Assembly: GCA_903825105.1 (NCBI GenBank)
Contig: CAIJZI010000006.1
Coordinates: forward strand, 87,368-151,367
DNA length: 64,000 nucleotides
Origin: an uncultured bacterium
GTDB taxonomy: Bacteria > Patescibacteriota > Minisyncoccia > Phycocordibacterales > Phycocordibacteraceae
Direction of reading: 5' to 3'
Below, in pieces: positions 45,435 through 54,112 of the stretch; the first letter of the stretch is position 1, and the number at the start of each line of letters is the position of its first letter. The notes under the pieces were generated by a model, which did not search any database, was not told the origin of the DNA, and saw nothing but the letters and a program-made list of their open reading frames with translations. The translations under genes were made by a program, and so were the position numbers.

Positions 45435-45959
45435 ATGAAAGAAATCGTTCAAGACGGCGCGATCGTTCTGCGCAACAAGGCAAAGGATCTACCGAGTGAG
45501 CTCTTCGGCTCTCCCGAGCTCGCGCAGATTATCGCCGATATGACCCGAGCGCTCGGCAAAGAGCCAGACGGAGTCGCGCTCGCCGCGCCTCAAATCGCTG
45601 TCCCCTATCGAATATTTATTGTGCGGAAGGATCGAACCCTACAGCCACCCGTTTCAGAAGATACTGAAGTGCCGAAACCGAAACCCGAGATCGTCGTCTA
45701 CATAAATCCTGAAATTATAAAAACATCGCACAAAAAAATAGAAGCCGACGAGGGCTGTCTCTCTGTCCGCGGCGTCTACGGGACGACCATGCGCCACGAG
45801 CGCGTGACGGTCGCCGCGCGCGACATGAACGGGAAGAAGTTTACCCGTGGCGCGGGCGGCCTGATGGCACAAATCTTTGAACACGAAATCGATCACTTAA
45901 ACGGTATTTTATTTATCGATCACGCGATTCATCTCTATCACCCCGACAAAAATGAATAA
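45435..45959 (+). CDS. def: Peptide deformylase
   Basis: GVALAAPQ, EGCLS, HEIDHLNG. Confidence 0.97.
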   Translation: MKEIVQDGAIVLRNKAKDLPSELFGSPELAQIIADMTRALGKEPDGVALAAPQIAVPYRIFIVRKDRTLQPPVSEDTEVPKPKPEIVVYINPEIIKTSHKKIEADEGCLSVRGVYGTTMRHERVTVAARDMNGKKFTRGAGGLMAQIFEHEIDHLNGILFIDHAIHLYHPDKNE

Positions 45960-46776
45960 TCTCTCTTTCGCCTACTTTGGCACGCCACGAGTCTCGAGCG
46001 AGACCCTCGCCACTCTTCTCCAAAATAATTTCATTCCAAAAATCGTTATCTCTTCTCCTGACGCGCCGAGGGGTCGCGGGCTCGTGCTCGAATCATCAGA
46101 AGTAAAGAAGCTCGCGCTAGAAAAAAATCTCGAAGTAATCACACCAGAAAAGTTAGATCCAGAAACAATCGCCCTTATCCGCGAGAAGAACTGTGATTAT
46201 GCGATCGTTGTCGCATATGGGAAAATTTTTCCAAAAGAGCTTATCGAACTATTCCCGAAAGGCGTTTTGAATATTCACTATTCCCTTCTGCCGAAATATC
46301 GCGGCGCGACGCCGCTCGAATCAGCGCTCCTCGCAGGAGAAAAAGAAAGTGGCGTGACGCTCCAGAAGATGGCGGTATCAGTCGATGCTGGCGACATCAT
46401 CACGCAGAAGCCGACGCCCATAGCTGAGACAGAAACCGCGAAGGAACTACGCCCGCGCCTTATCGCTCTCGGCGCAGAACTGCTCGTCGAGACCCTCCCT
46501 GCTTATTTGAATGGAGAAATAAAGCCGATTATTCAAGACGCTTCGCTCGCCACACGCGCGTATAAAATAAAAAAGGAGGATGGGCTCCTCGACCTAAATG
46601 ATTCGGCGGAGAAAAATTGGTTGAAGTATCGCGCCTATGCTGACTCGATCGGCACCTACTTTTTTGAGAATAATAAGAGAATGAAGATTACCAGCGCGGA
46701 ATTCGCCAAGGGCGAATTCCGCGTCCTGCGCGTGATCCCTGAAGGAAAAAAGGAGGTGGATTATCGCAGTCGATAA
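45952..46776 (+). CDS. fmt: Methionyl-tRNA formyltransferase
   Basis: FGTP, VVAYGKI, NIHYSLLPKYRGATP, DAGD. Confidence 0.96.
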   Translation: MNNLSFAYFGTPRVSSETLATLLQNNFIPKIVISSPDAPRGRGLVLESSEVKKLALEKNLEVITPEKLDPETIALIREKNCDYAIVVAYGKIFPKELIELFPKGVLNIHYSLLPKYRGATPLESALLAGEKESGVTLQKMAVSVDAGDIITQKPTPIAETETAKELRPRLIALGAELLVETLPAYLNGEIKPIIQDASLATRAYKIKKEDGLLDLNDSAEKNWLKYRAYADSIGTYFFENNKRMKITSAEFAKGEFRVLRVIPEGKKEVDYRSR

Positions 46777-46819
46777 CACATTGCAGTAAAACGCTTTTAA
46801 GATAGAATAGTAATTGTAT

Positions 46820-46891
46820 TCCGGGATAGCTCAATGGTAGAGCAGCGCCCTGTTAAGGCGTTGGTTGTAGGTTCGAGTCCTACTCCCGGAG
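46820..46891 (+). tRNA. tRNA-Asn(GTT)
   Basis: TCCGGGA/TCCCGGA acceptor, GCGCC-CTGTTAA-GGCGT anticodon arm, GTTCGAGTC T-loop; CCA not encoded. Confidence 0.95.
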
Positions 46892-46964
46892 CCGAGGTAA
46901 AATGAAATGCGCCAGTAGTGGCGTATTTTCATTTTCACCGAGGCGAACGGGAGAAAGCTCTGCT

Positions 46965-46976
46965 TACTCCCGGAGC
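46965..46976 (+). repeat. Duplicate of the tRNA-Asn 3' end
   Basis: TACTCCCGGAGC equals 46881-46892. Confidence 0.75.
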
Positions 46977-47034
46977 ATCCGGATAAAAAGTAAGAGCCCC
47001 TATTAGGAGCTTTTTCTTTTGTTATAATTCTTAT

Positions 47035-47481
47035 ATGAAAGACATTGCCCTACGCGCGAAGTGGATTATCAAGGCTCCCCTACCAGAAGTTTTTAATATC
47101 ATGACTGACTTTGAAAGATTCCCTGAGAACTTCCCTAAAGTCGCGGAGTCGATACAAATCGTGAAGCGAGAAGGAAATCATTTAGAAATAAAAGCGATAG
47201 TAAAATCTTTTGGTGAGAACTTCCCTGTAAAGATGAGGACAGAGATCCTACCGATGAAGGGATACATTTCAGATAATGAGAGCCCGAAGTTTGGAACTTC
47301 TGGCCACGAAGAATTCTTACTCTCCGAGAGCCCTGAAGGTACAGTGATCGACTACACCTACCAAGTCGCGATTCATAACCGCTGGCTCCGCGTCGTCGCC
47401 AAACCGCTCATCGGCTGGTTCTCTATGAAGTATTGGGAGAAGGCCGTCATCAACGAACTCCGAAAAAAGCTTGAGGGATAA
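47035..47481 (+). CDS. SRPBCC/START-like protein
   Basis: IKAPLPEVFN..TDFE.FPE.FP, GTVIDY. Confidence 0.8.
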   Translation: MKDIALRAKWIIKAPLPEVFNIMTDFERFPENFPKVAESIQIVKREGNHLEIKAIVKSFGENFPVKMRTEILPMKGYISDNESPKFGTSGHEEFLLSESPEGTVIDYTYQVAIHNRWLRVVAKPLIGWFSMKYWEKAVINELRKKLEG

Positions 47482-47499
47482 TTGTTATATACTACATCT

Positions 47500-47709
47500 A
47501 TGCAAAAAATAGCAACACGCGTTTTTATTTATTCATCAATCGCTTTTGGTATTATCGGCATTCTCCTCATCTTGGTCGGCGGCCCAGATGGAAATAATCA
47601 TACGGTGTTGAATCAGACACTACACCAGCTACTTATGATAACCGTCTGCATCATCTTACCCTCATTCGCGCTTAGCATCGCAGGGAAATATTTGAATGGT
47701 GGTTTCTAA
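47500..47709 (+). CDS. Small two-TM membrane protein
   Basis: Two hydrophobic helices. Confidence 0.7.
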   Translation: MQKIATRVFIYSSIAFGIIGILLILVGGPDGNNHTVLNQTLHQLLMITVCIILPSFALSIAGKYLNGGF

Positions 47710-47714
47710 ATCGG

Positions 47715-48179
47715 TCAATATTCGTTACCTAACGAATGGAAATATGCCGTTCCTGACATATTATTTCGTTTGTGCGCCTCGACGTCCTCATCTTCTTCAT
47801 TTTCGTGTGCAAGCACCCATTCTTTGATAATGTCTCCCGCGACTTCGCGATCTGCCATTTCGTACAAAACTTTTTCAGAGAGTGGACTCAATTTTTGAAG
47901 TGACAGGCGTTTTAAAGTGTCCATAATCTGATTGTGCAAGATTGCTCTCTGCGGGGGCGAATAGGTACGCCTACTTCCCGCATGATAATGTTCTGCATCC
48001 GCAGGAAGAGCCACTCGTAGCGCAACATATTTTCTACACACTTCCAGAAAAGAATCTTGTGCATTCCCCGTCCCAAAAAGTTTTAACACTATTTCAAATT
48101 TTTCCTTTCCTGAAAGAGTTTCTTGTGCTTGTTCTGTTTCTGTATTTCTTCCAAGTCCCCCTGTTTCGTGTGTTTTCAT
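47715..48179 (-). CDS. Hypothetical protein
   Basis: ~154-aa ORF filling the gap. Confidence 0.65.
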   Translation of the reverse strand: MKTHETGGLGRNTETEQAQETLSGKEKFEIVLKLFGTGNAQDSFLEVCRKYVALRVALPADAEHYHAGSRRTYSPPQRAILHNQIMDTLKRLSLQKLSPLSEKVLYEMADREVAGDIIKEWVLAHENEEDEDVEAHKRNNMSGTAYFHSLGNEY

Positions 48180-48223
48180 TATGTGAATTGTATCACTATT
48201 TAAATTCAAACATATCCAATTAG

Positions 48224-48251
48224 AAAAGCGCCCGACAGGTCGGGCGCTTTT
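48224..48251. terminator. Intrinsic terminator
   Basis: AAAAGCGCCCGAC-AG-GTCGGGCGCTTTT. Confidence 0.85.
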
Positions 48252-48265
48252 GGTTTTGAGCTTTT

Positions 48266-48523
48266 TCAAAAATGGGAATAACCGGATTGGTGAAGCCGAA
48301 ACTGCTGATCGGGTATCATCTTTCTGATCGCTTCTTTTCTCCGCTCAGCGAGAATGATATCGAGGTCTGGTTGTGGATTTAACGGTTCGCCGCAAACGAC
48401 ACAAGAACAGCCTGCGTTCATATACTGTGCGCGATGCGGGAGGCAAAACTGGCAGCAAACGACCGTTCTTCCGTTTGCGATTCTTTCCCACTTCTCTATC
48501 AAATCTTTTTCAGACTGATACAT
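48266..48523 (-). CDS. Small Cys-rich zinc-ribbon protein (ORFan cassette)
   Basis: AAGGGGAG SD; CQFC..CVVC. Confidence 0.7.
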   Translation of the reverse strand: MYQSEKDLIEKWERIANGRTVVCCQFCLPHRAQYMNAGCSCVVCGEPLNPQPDLDIILAERRKEAIRKMIPDQQFRLHQSGYSHF

Positions 48524-48636
48524 TGTTTCTCCCCTTTTCTACATCCAACAAAATAATAAACCAAAACAACATTTAAATCAAATTAAACAAGAGTTCAACT
48601 CTCTGGCGCTATGTAGCAGCGCCTTGTTTTTATATT

Positions 48637-49050
48637 TCAAATCATCAGCACAGCGCCGAGTACGATAAAGACAGCGCCTAGGAGCGCCTTCCAAGAAAAT
48701 TCCATACTTAAGAACAGGAGAGAAAAGATGAGCACGAAGACAACACTCGTTCGGTCGATCGCCGAGACACCCGTCGCGGGCCCAAGCTTCAGCGCCCAAA
48801 ACATCGCGAGCCAAGAGAGCGCTCCGGCGATACCCGAGAGCGCGATGAAGAGAAGCGGCTTCCCTTGTGGGAGCGAAGCGAAGCTCAACTTCCCCAGCCC
48901 GAGCGATACTGCGACGAGGAATGTTGCCATAATAACTGCGCGCACAGTCGTCGCGACAGTAGTGTCGACACCTTGAAGACCGATCTTACCAAAAATGGCG
49001 ACGAGAGCTGCGAAGACCGCGCCAATGAGTGCGAGAAAAATCCAAGACAT
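48637..49050 (-). CDS. EamA/DMT-family transporter (single domain)
   Basis: FAALVAIFGKIGL.GVD, LSGIAGALSW, IDRTSVVF. Confidence 0.9.
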   Translation of the reverse strand: MSWIFLALIGAVFAALVAIFGKIGLQGVDTTVATTVRAVIMATFLVAVSLGLGKLSFASLPQGKPLLFIALSGIAGALSWLAMFWALKLGPATGVSAIDRTSVVFVLIFSLLFLSMEFSWKALLGAVFIVLGAVLMI

Positions 49051-49107
49051 GAGTAAAGTATACCACCAGAGATTGTCTTATAATTTATTTACTGGTATAG
49101 ATAGTGG

Positions 49108-49521
49108 ATGAAAAAAGTCAGAAGAATTTTTAAACCATTACCTTTTAAGCTTCGCGTCGGGAAGGCGCGCACCGGTCGTGGCCTCTTTACTGAAGAAAAT
49201 ATCCCGCGCGGCGCCTGCATTATTGAATACATCGGTCGCCCGGTTTCAAAAGAGGAACAAGAAAAGAATGGTGGAAAATATTTTTTCTGGACAGGTAAGT
49301 ACACGATGATTGACGGTAATATTAAAGAGAACACCGCGCGCTATATTAATCATTCCTGCGCGCCGAACTGCGAGGCAGATTTGTACAAAAAGAGAATTTA
49401 TATATTCGCGAAGAAAAATATAAAAGCCGGCGAAGAATTACACTACGACTACGATACCGAATATTTCGATATGCACATTAAGCCCAAAGGCTGCCTCTGC
49501 CACAAATGCTCTCCGGCGTAG
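49108..49521 (+). CDS. SET-domain lysine methyltransferase
   Basis: GRGLF, IIEYIG, ARYINHSC.PN, GEELHYDY, post-SET CLCHKC. Confidence 0.93.
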   Translation: MKKVRRIFKPLPFKLRVGKARTGRGLFTEENIPRGACIIEYIGRPVSKEEQEKNGGKYFFWTGKYTMIDGNIKENTARYINHSCAPNCEADLYKKRIYIFAKKNIKAGEELHYDYDTEYFDMHIKPKGCLCHKCSPA

Positions 49522-49553
49522 ATAAGAAATCTGGACAAGTTTGTCCAAAATGC

Positions 49554-50294
49554 TTATTTTAAATACAGAGAGAACCCACTCGTCATGGTGGCGATACCAT
49601 TTTTATCTATCGAGTAGCCTTCGAAGCCGGCGAGCTGTTCGAGAAAAATAATGCCTTCCTTCCCCATCGCGAAGACGGCGGTCGCGAAGCGGTCTGCCTC
49701 GAGCACATCGGGGCCAATGACCGTGACGCTCACGATTTCGCGGAGTTCGTCACTCGACTGGAGTGGATTATAAATATGACTACCGCGCAGGTATGAGCCC
49801 GAGGTCGCGACCCCTTTTCCGCGCGGGTACACCACTTTTATAATTTCATCTGTCTGAAATGGATTTTTAATACCGAAGCTCCATTCTTCTCCCTTCTCAT
49901 TTTTCCCACTTGAGGCGATATCGCCGCCAGCATTAACAAAAAAGTTTTTGTATCCTGCTTTTTTTATCAGCTCTGCCGTATTTTTTATAGCCCAGCCTTT
50001 TACCACGCCTGATGGATCAACCGTCCCATCAGAGCAGCGCATATTAAAATAACCATTTGTTTCTTCTCTTGTTTTTTCAGCCAAAACGAAAACTCTGCGC
50101 ATCGCGCTACTTATATCCTCATCTTTTATTTCTCCGCGATTGATACGCGAGATCTCGCTGTCTTCTTTATAAACGCTAAACTGTTTATCAACTTCTGTGA
50201 GATACTTAAACGCCATCTCGCTAGTACGCGCAGGGTCATTGCCTAGGATTTCAATTTCGATAGTCATTCCCATTATGCTTCGTGCGTCGCGCAT
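49554..50294 (-). CDS. apbE: FAD:protein FMN transferase
   Basis: SEISRIN, D.SGVVKGWA, VNAGGDI, VATSG.Y, HIYNP, AD.FATA. Confidence 0.92.
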   Translation of the reverse strand: MRDARSIMGMTIEIEILGNDPARTSEMAFKYLTEVDKQFSVYKEDSEISRINRGEIKDEDISSAMRRVFVLAEKTREETNGYFNMRCSDGTVDPSGVVKGWAIKNTAELIKKAGYKNFFVNAGGDIASSGKNEKGEEWSFGIKNPFQTDEIIKVVYPRGKGVATSGSYLRGSHIYNPLQSSDELREIVSVTVIGPDVLEADRFATAVFAMGKEGIIFLEQLAGFEGYSIDKNGIATMTSGFSLYLK

Positions 50295-50351
50295 ATATAC
50301 TTATACGCTTAAAAACGAGAAATATTATTGCCCCTCTTTCGTATTACAAAT

Positions 50352-50816
50352 ATGCCGAGTCAATCGCCCAAATTAAAAAGTAGAAAGTTGCCCGTCGCGA
50401 TAACGCTCGTTATCGTCTCGATGATTTATGTCCTGTGGCAGTATGCCGGCGCGCAGCAGCCGGTAGAAGTCAGTGGTTCCCTTGCGCCAGTATCGACCAC
50501 CACAGTTATAACTCCTGTGAAAAAATCTGGCATCTACACCGACGGCACCTACACCGGCACCTCCGTAAATGCGTATTATGGCAATGTCCAAGTGGAGGCG
50601 ATAATCCAGAACAGTGCTTTAACTGATGTGAAATTTTTACAATCACCGAGCGACAGAAGCACTTCGATAAGAATCAGCGGTGGCGCGATGCCGATTCTCG
50701 TTCAAGAAGCGATACAGAAGCAGAGCGCGCCAGTTGACAGTGTCTCTGGCGCGACGGATATCAGCAACGCTTTTAATCAATCACTCGCGAATGCTCTGAC
50801 CCAAGCGAGAAATTAA
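50352..50816 (+). CDS. Membrane-anchored FMN-binding (flavinylated) protein
   Basis: TM anchor, YTDGTYTG, YGNVQV, flavinylation motif DSVSGAT. Confidence 0.9.
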   Translation: MPSQSPKLKSRKLPVAITLVIVSMIYVLWQYAGAQQPVEVSGSLAPVSTTTVITPVKKSGIYTDGTYTGTSVNAYYGNVQVEAIIQNSALTDVKFLQSPSDRSTSIRISGGAMPILVQEAIQKQSAPVDSVSGATDISNAFNQSLANALTQARN

Positions 50817-50817
50817 T

Positions 50818-52293
50818 ATGCCTTTTGTTGATAATTTCTTAAATAAGATAACGATGTACCGCCTCGTGCTGTACTATCTTCTCGGGCTTTTTATTATCGC
50901 GCTCCTCTTCGGATCTTTTGGTTTTATCTCTATAAACCCGATTCATCTCATCTTCTCGACGATTATTATTCTCGCCGCCTGCGCGATAAGTAATCTGATA
51001 TTCGCGAAGAGTTTTAATGCACAGACCAATGTCGAGTCGGTCTATATCACCGCATTTATTCTCGCTCTGCTTATTTCGCCCGTCGCATACACAAACTTTG
51101 CAGGCATCGGCTTTCTCATCTTCGCCTCTGCGTGGGCGATGGCGTCAAAATTTATTTTCGCCATCAATCAAAAACATATTTTTAATCCCGCGGCTTTCGG
51201 CATCGCGCTCTCGGCGCTCGTTTTGAATCAGAGTGCGACCTGGTGGGCGGGCGGCAGCGTCGCCCTCTTACCTTTCGTCTTTTTTGGCGGGCTTCTTATT
51301 GTGCGAAAGATTCATCGATTCGACCTGGTTATTTCTTTTTCTGTTGTCGCCCTTCTCACCATCCTCGCGACGAGTGGCGGCGATTATGTGACCGTACTTT
51401 CACAAGTGCTTCTGTATTCCCCATTTTTCTTCCTCGCTTTCGTAATGCTCACCGAACCACTCACGATGCCGCCAACGCGCCTTGGAAGAATCTTTTATGG
51501 CGCGCTCGTCGGCCTTCTCTTCGCTCCCGCCATTCACTTAGGCTCGCTCTACTTCACGCCAGAGCTCGCTCTTCTCGCAGGCAATCTGCTTGCCTACTTC
51601 ATCAGCCCCGAAGGGCGCTTCACGCTCACGCTTATTGGAATAAAAGAATTAGCGACTGGCACCTACGAATTTATCTTTAAACCCGATTTTTCATTCGACT
51701 TTAAACCTGGCCAGTATCTCGAATGGACGCTCTCGCACGCTTCTCCCGACAGTCGCGGTAATCGCCGCTACTTCACGATCGCTTCATCGCCAACAGAAAA
51801 TGAGCTGCGCCTTGGGGTGAAGTTTTATGAACCAAAAAGCAGTTTCAAAAATGCTCTTGCAAAATTAAAAATCGGCGACACGATCTCTGTCTCGCATCTC
51901 GCAGGCGACTTCACCCTACCAAAAAATAATAAAAAGAAGCTAGCCTTTATCGCAGGTGGGATCGGCGTCACGCCCTTTCGCAGCCAGGTGAAATATTTAA
52001 TCGATACGGGAGACATACGCTCGGTAACACTGCTTTATGCAAATAAGTCCGCCTCCGATGTTGCTTATAAAGAATTATTTGATGGGGCAGAAGAAAAAAT
52101 CGGTATGAAATCGTTTTATCATTCGGGAAAAGTGGAGGCACACACCATTGTCGAAGAAATACCTGATTATAAAGAGCGCACTTTTTATATTTCTGGCCCG
52201 CGCGGAATGGTCGAGTCGTATAAAAAAACCCTCCTCGACCTCGGCGTCTCACGATTCAATATTAAAACGGACTACTTCCCCGGATTTGTATAA
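50818..52293 (+). CDS. RnfD/NqrB-like membrane domain fused to FNR-like FAD/NAD(P)-binding domain
   Basis: KHIFNPAA and FVMLTEPLT; FKPGQY, RYFTIASSP, AGGIGVTPF, YISGP. Confidence 0.88.
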   Translation: MPFVDNFLNKITMYRLVLYYLLGLFIIALLFGSFGFISINPIHLIFSTIIILAACAISNLIFAKSFNAQTNVESVYITAFILALLISPVAYTNFAGIGFLIFASAWAMASKFIFAINQKHIFNPAAFGIALSALVLNQSATWWAGGSVALLPFVFFGGLLIVRKIHRFDLVISFSVVALLTILATSGGDYVTVLSQVLLYSPFFFLAFVMLTEPLTMPPTRLGRIFYGALVGLLFAPAIHLGSLYFTPELALLAGNLLAYFISPEGRFTLTLIGIKELATGTYEFIFKPDFSFDFKPGQYLEWTLSHASPDSRGNRRYFTIASSPTENELRLGVKFYEPKSSFKNALAKLKIGDTISVSHLAGDFTLPKNNKKKLAFIAGGIGVTPFRSQVKYLIDTGDIRSVTLLYANKSASDVAYKELFDGAEEKIGMKSFYHSGKVEAHTIVEEIPDYKERTFYISGPRGMVESYKKTLLDLGVSRFNIKTDYFPGFV

Positions 52294-52444
52294 TAGGCTT
52301 AAAATAAATGGCTTATTTGCTGTGTTTTTAAACACTTTTGTATATTTTGTCTATAAAAAGCTTGACAAATACAGCCACTTGTGCTAGCATAGAAACAGGT
52401 CAGTAGCACGGCAGAAATGTCGATTTCGAATTAAGGAGCAGCTC

Positions 52445-53017
52445 ATGAAAAGGCATACGGCATGGAGTAATGGCACCGTCGCAGTGACAGTGCCGCAAAA
52501 TCTGGCCCCGGCGAAGTTCTTCCCGGAGCCGAGGATGGTGAACCAGGTGCTCGTGAGCGAGTACGCGAAGTTCCAGGCGACTGTCGCCAACGGCGGCACA
52601 GCAACCTTCCACATCTTCGGCGACAGCCTCGCCGAAATGCGCGGGAAGAACATCATCGCGGATCTCGTTCTCCTGAAGGAGAAGTGCGAAGACAGGTCCG
52701 AGCGCGTCCTCCTCAACCTCATGGAGCCGAAAGAAGCATTCCGCTTCCGCAAGGCCAGCCATCAGCTGAAGGTAATGCTGAAGAAAGACGCGAGCTTCTG
52801 CGGAGGATACCGCTACTTCGATTCCGGCAATGTGTGGGTCGCTGTCGGCCCAGCGCCGGCCTACAAAGCGCAGATCAACAAGCTGCTGACTGCGACAGAG
52901 AAACGCCATGCCGTCGCGGCTACAACTGCGGGTGACAGTCAGGTCTCGAGAGGAGACTGGCGCGTCATCGATGCTCGCGGACGAGTGATTATGTCCGCGG
53001 AGTTGGCTCACGCGTAA
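52445..53017 (+). CDS. Hypothetical protein (ORFan cassette)
   Basis: TTGACA..TAGCAT promoter, AAGGAG SD, terminator at 53031-53066. Confidence 0.75.
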   Translation: MKRHTAWSNGTVAVTVPQNLAPAKFFPEPRMVNQVLVSEYAKFQATVANGGTATFHIFGDSLAEMRGKNIIADLVLLKEKCEDRSERVLLNLMEPKEAFRFRKASHQLKVMLKKDASFCGGYRYFDSGNVWVAVGPAPAYKAQINKLLTATEKRHAVAATTAGDSQVSRGDWRVIDARGRVIMSAELAHA

Positions 53018-53030
53018 CCGCAGCACAAAC

Positions 53031-53066
53031 AAAGCCCGCAAGTTCAGGAGGAACTTGCGGGCTTTT
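53031..53066. terminator. Intrinsic terminator
   Basis: AAAGCCCGCAAGTTC-loop-GAACTTGCGGGCTTTT. Confidence 0.9.
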
Positions 53067-53078
53067 CATTTTATAAAA

Positions 53079-53300
53079 TCAGATATCAACCGAGAGGAGC
53101 TTCGACGGCGAGTGGTGACCGTTTATTATACGCACCTTCCCTATCGCTACGGTAAAGTGTTTGGCGATTATCGCGATGACACGGCGATTCGCCAAGTTTT
53201 GTAGTGGCTTTTCTTTTACTACGATTTCAAAATGATCTTTTGAGATTTCTTTAAACGATTCCTTTTTTGCTCCTGCCTGCACAGCGACTTTTATATACAT
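53079..53300 (-). CDS. DUF167/YggU-family protein
   Basis: V.EKP..N.AN..VI..IAKHF..V.II.G..S..K. Confidence 0.85.
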   Translation of the reverse strand: MYIKVAVQAGAKKESFKEISKDHFEIVVKEKPLQNLANRRVIAIIAKHFTVAIGKVRIINGHHSPSKLLSVDI

Positions 53301-53362
53301 ATTTATTACGGTAGCATTTAAAAATGAAAACGGGAGCGGCTTTCTGCCACTCCCGCTTGATC

Positions 53363-53629
53363 TTAATCAGTTTTCCTGAATTCCCCGAGTGAAAAGCTGA
53401 TCGTTCTTCCAGGGTCTTCTTCATCGGCTTTGTCCCAATCGGGGTCAATCTTAGGCTCGCCGATAATGTTTACGACCTCTGCGTGACCGTGCTTATTGCT
53501 GCCAAGATCATCGTAGTCAACGACATCACCGGGAACTAGTTTCCATTCGGTAACAAATGGTATCAAGATCGCCCGCCCCCACATAAAAGATCTTGACTCA
53601 TCTTTTGGGATCAAGACTGTGCAAGCCAT
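53363..53629 (-). CDS. Hypothetical protein (ORFan cassette)
   Basis: TTGACA-N17-TATAGT, GAGGAGG SD, terminator at 53327-53355. Confidence 0.75.
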   Translation of the reverse strand: MACTVLIPKDESRSFMWGRAILIPFVTEWKLVPGDVVDYDDLGSNKHGHAEVVNIIGEPKIDPDWDKADEEDPGRTISFSLGEFRKTD

Positions 53630-53709
53630 AAATCCTCCTCAGACGTCAATCTACCCGCCACAGACTATACCAACACATATTTATATTGTCAAAAGGCAAT
53701 TGGGGAGAA

Positions 53710-54072
53710 CTAAAAGGCACTCATATCAGCATTAATACCGTTTACCGTTTCTTGAATATAATTCGTTGTCCAGATATAGGCATACCAGCACATACCAATC
53801 GTCGAAAGAAGCATCAGAATGCAGGCGAAGACGCCGATTTTTTTAACTTCGGGATCTTTTGACTTCGCGTACTTCACTGCCGGCCATTTCGATATCGCTA
53901 AAAAGCCGATAAAAGGCAGAATGATGCTTAACAAATAAATCCAGAGTTGTGTGAGTGCGGTCGTCGAGAGGGGCGCCGAATTTAATTTATTTCCACAATT
54001 CGGGCAATAATAAAACTGCGGGGAGATGGGCTGGTGACAATATGAACAAACGAGCTGATCTGCTATTTCCAT
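53710..54072 (-). CDS. Zinc-ribbon membrane protein
   Basis: CSYC..CPNCG plus two TM helices. Confidence 0.8.
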   Translation of the reverse strand: MEIADQLVCSYCHQPISPQFYYCPNCGNKLNSAPLSTTALTQLWIYLLSIILPFIGFLAISKWPAVKYAKSKDPEVKKIGVFACILMLLSTIGMCWYAYIWTTNYIQETVNGINADMSAF

Positions 54073-54112
54073 TATTTTATTTTACCATCAATCATGATGC
54101 TATACTGCGAAT

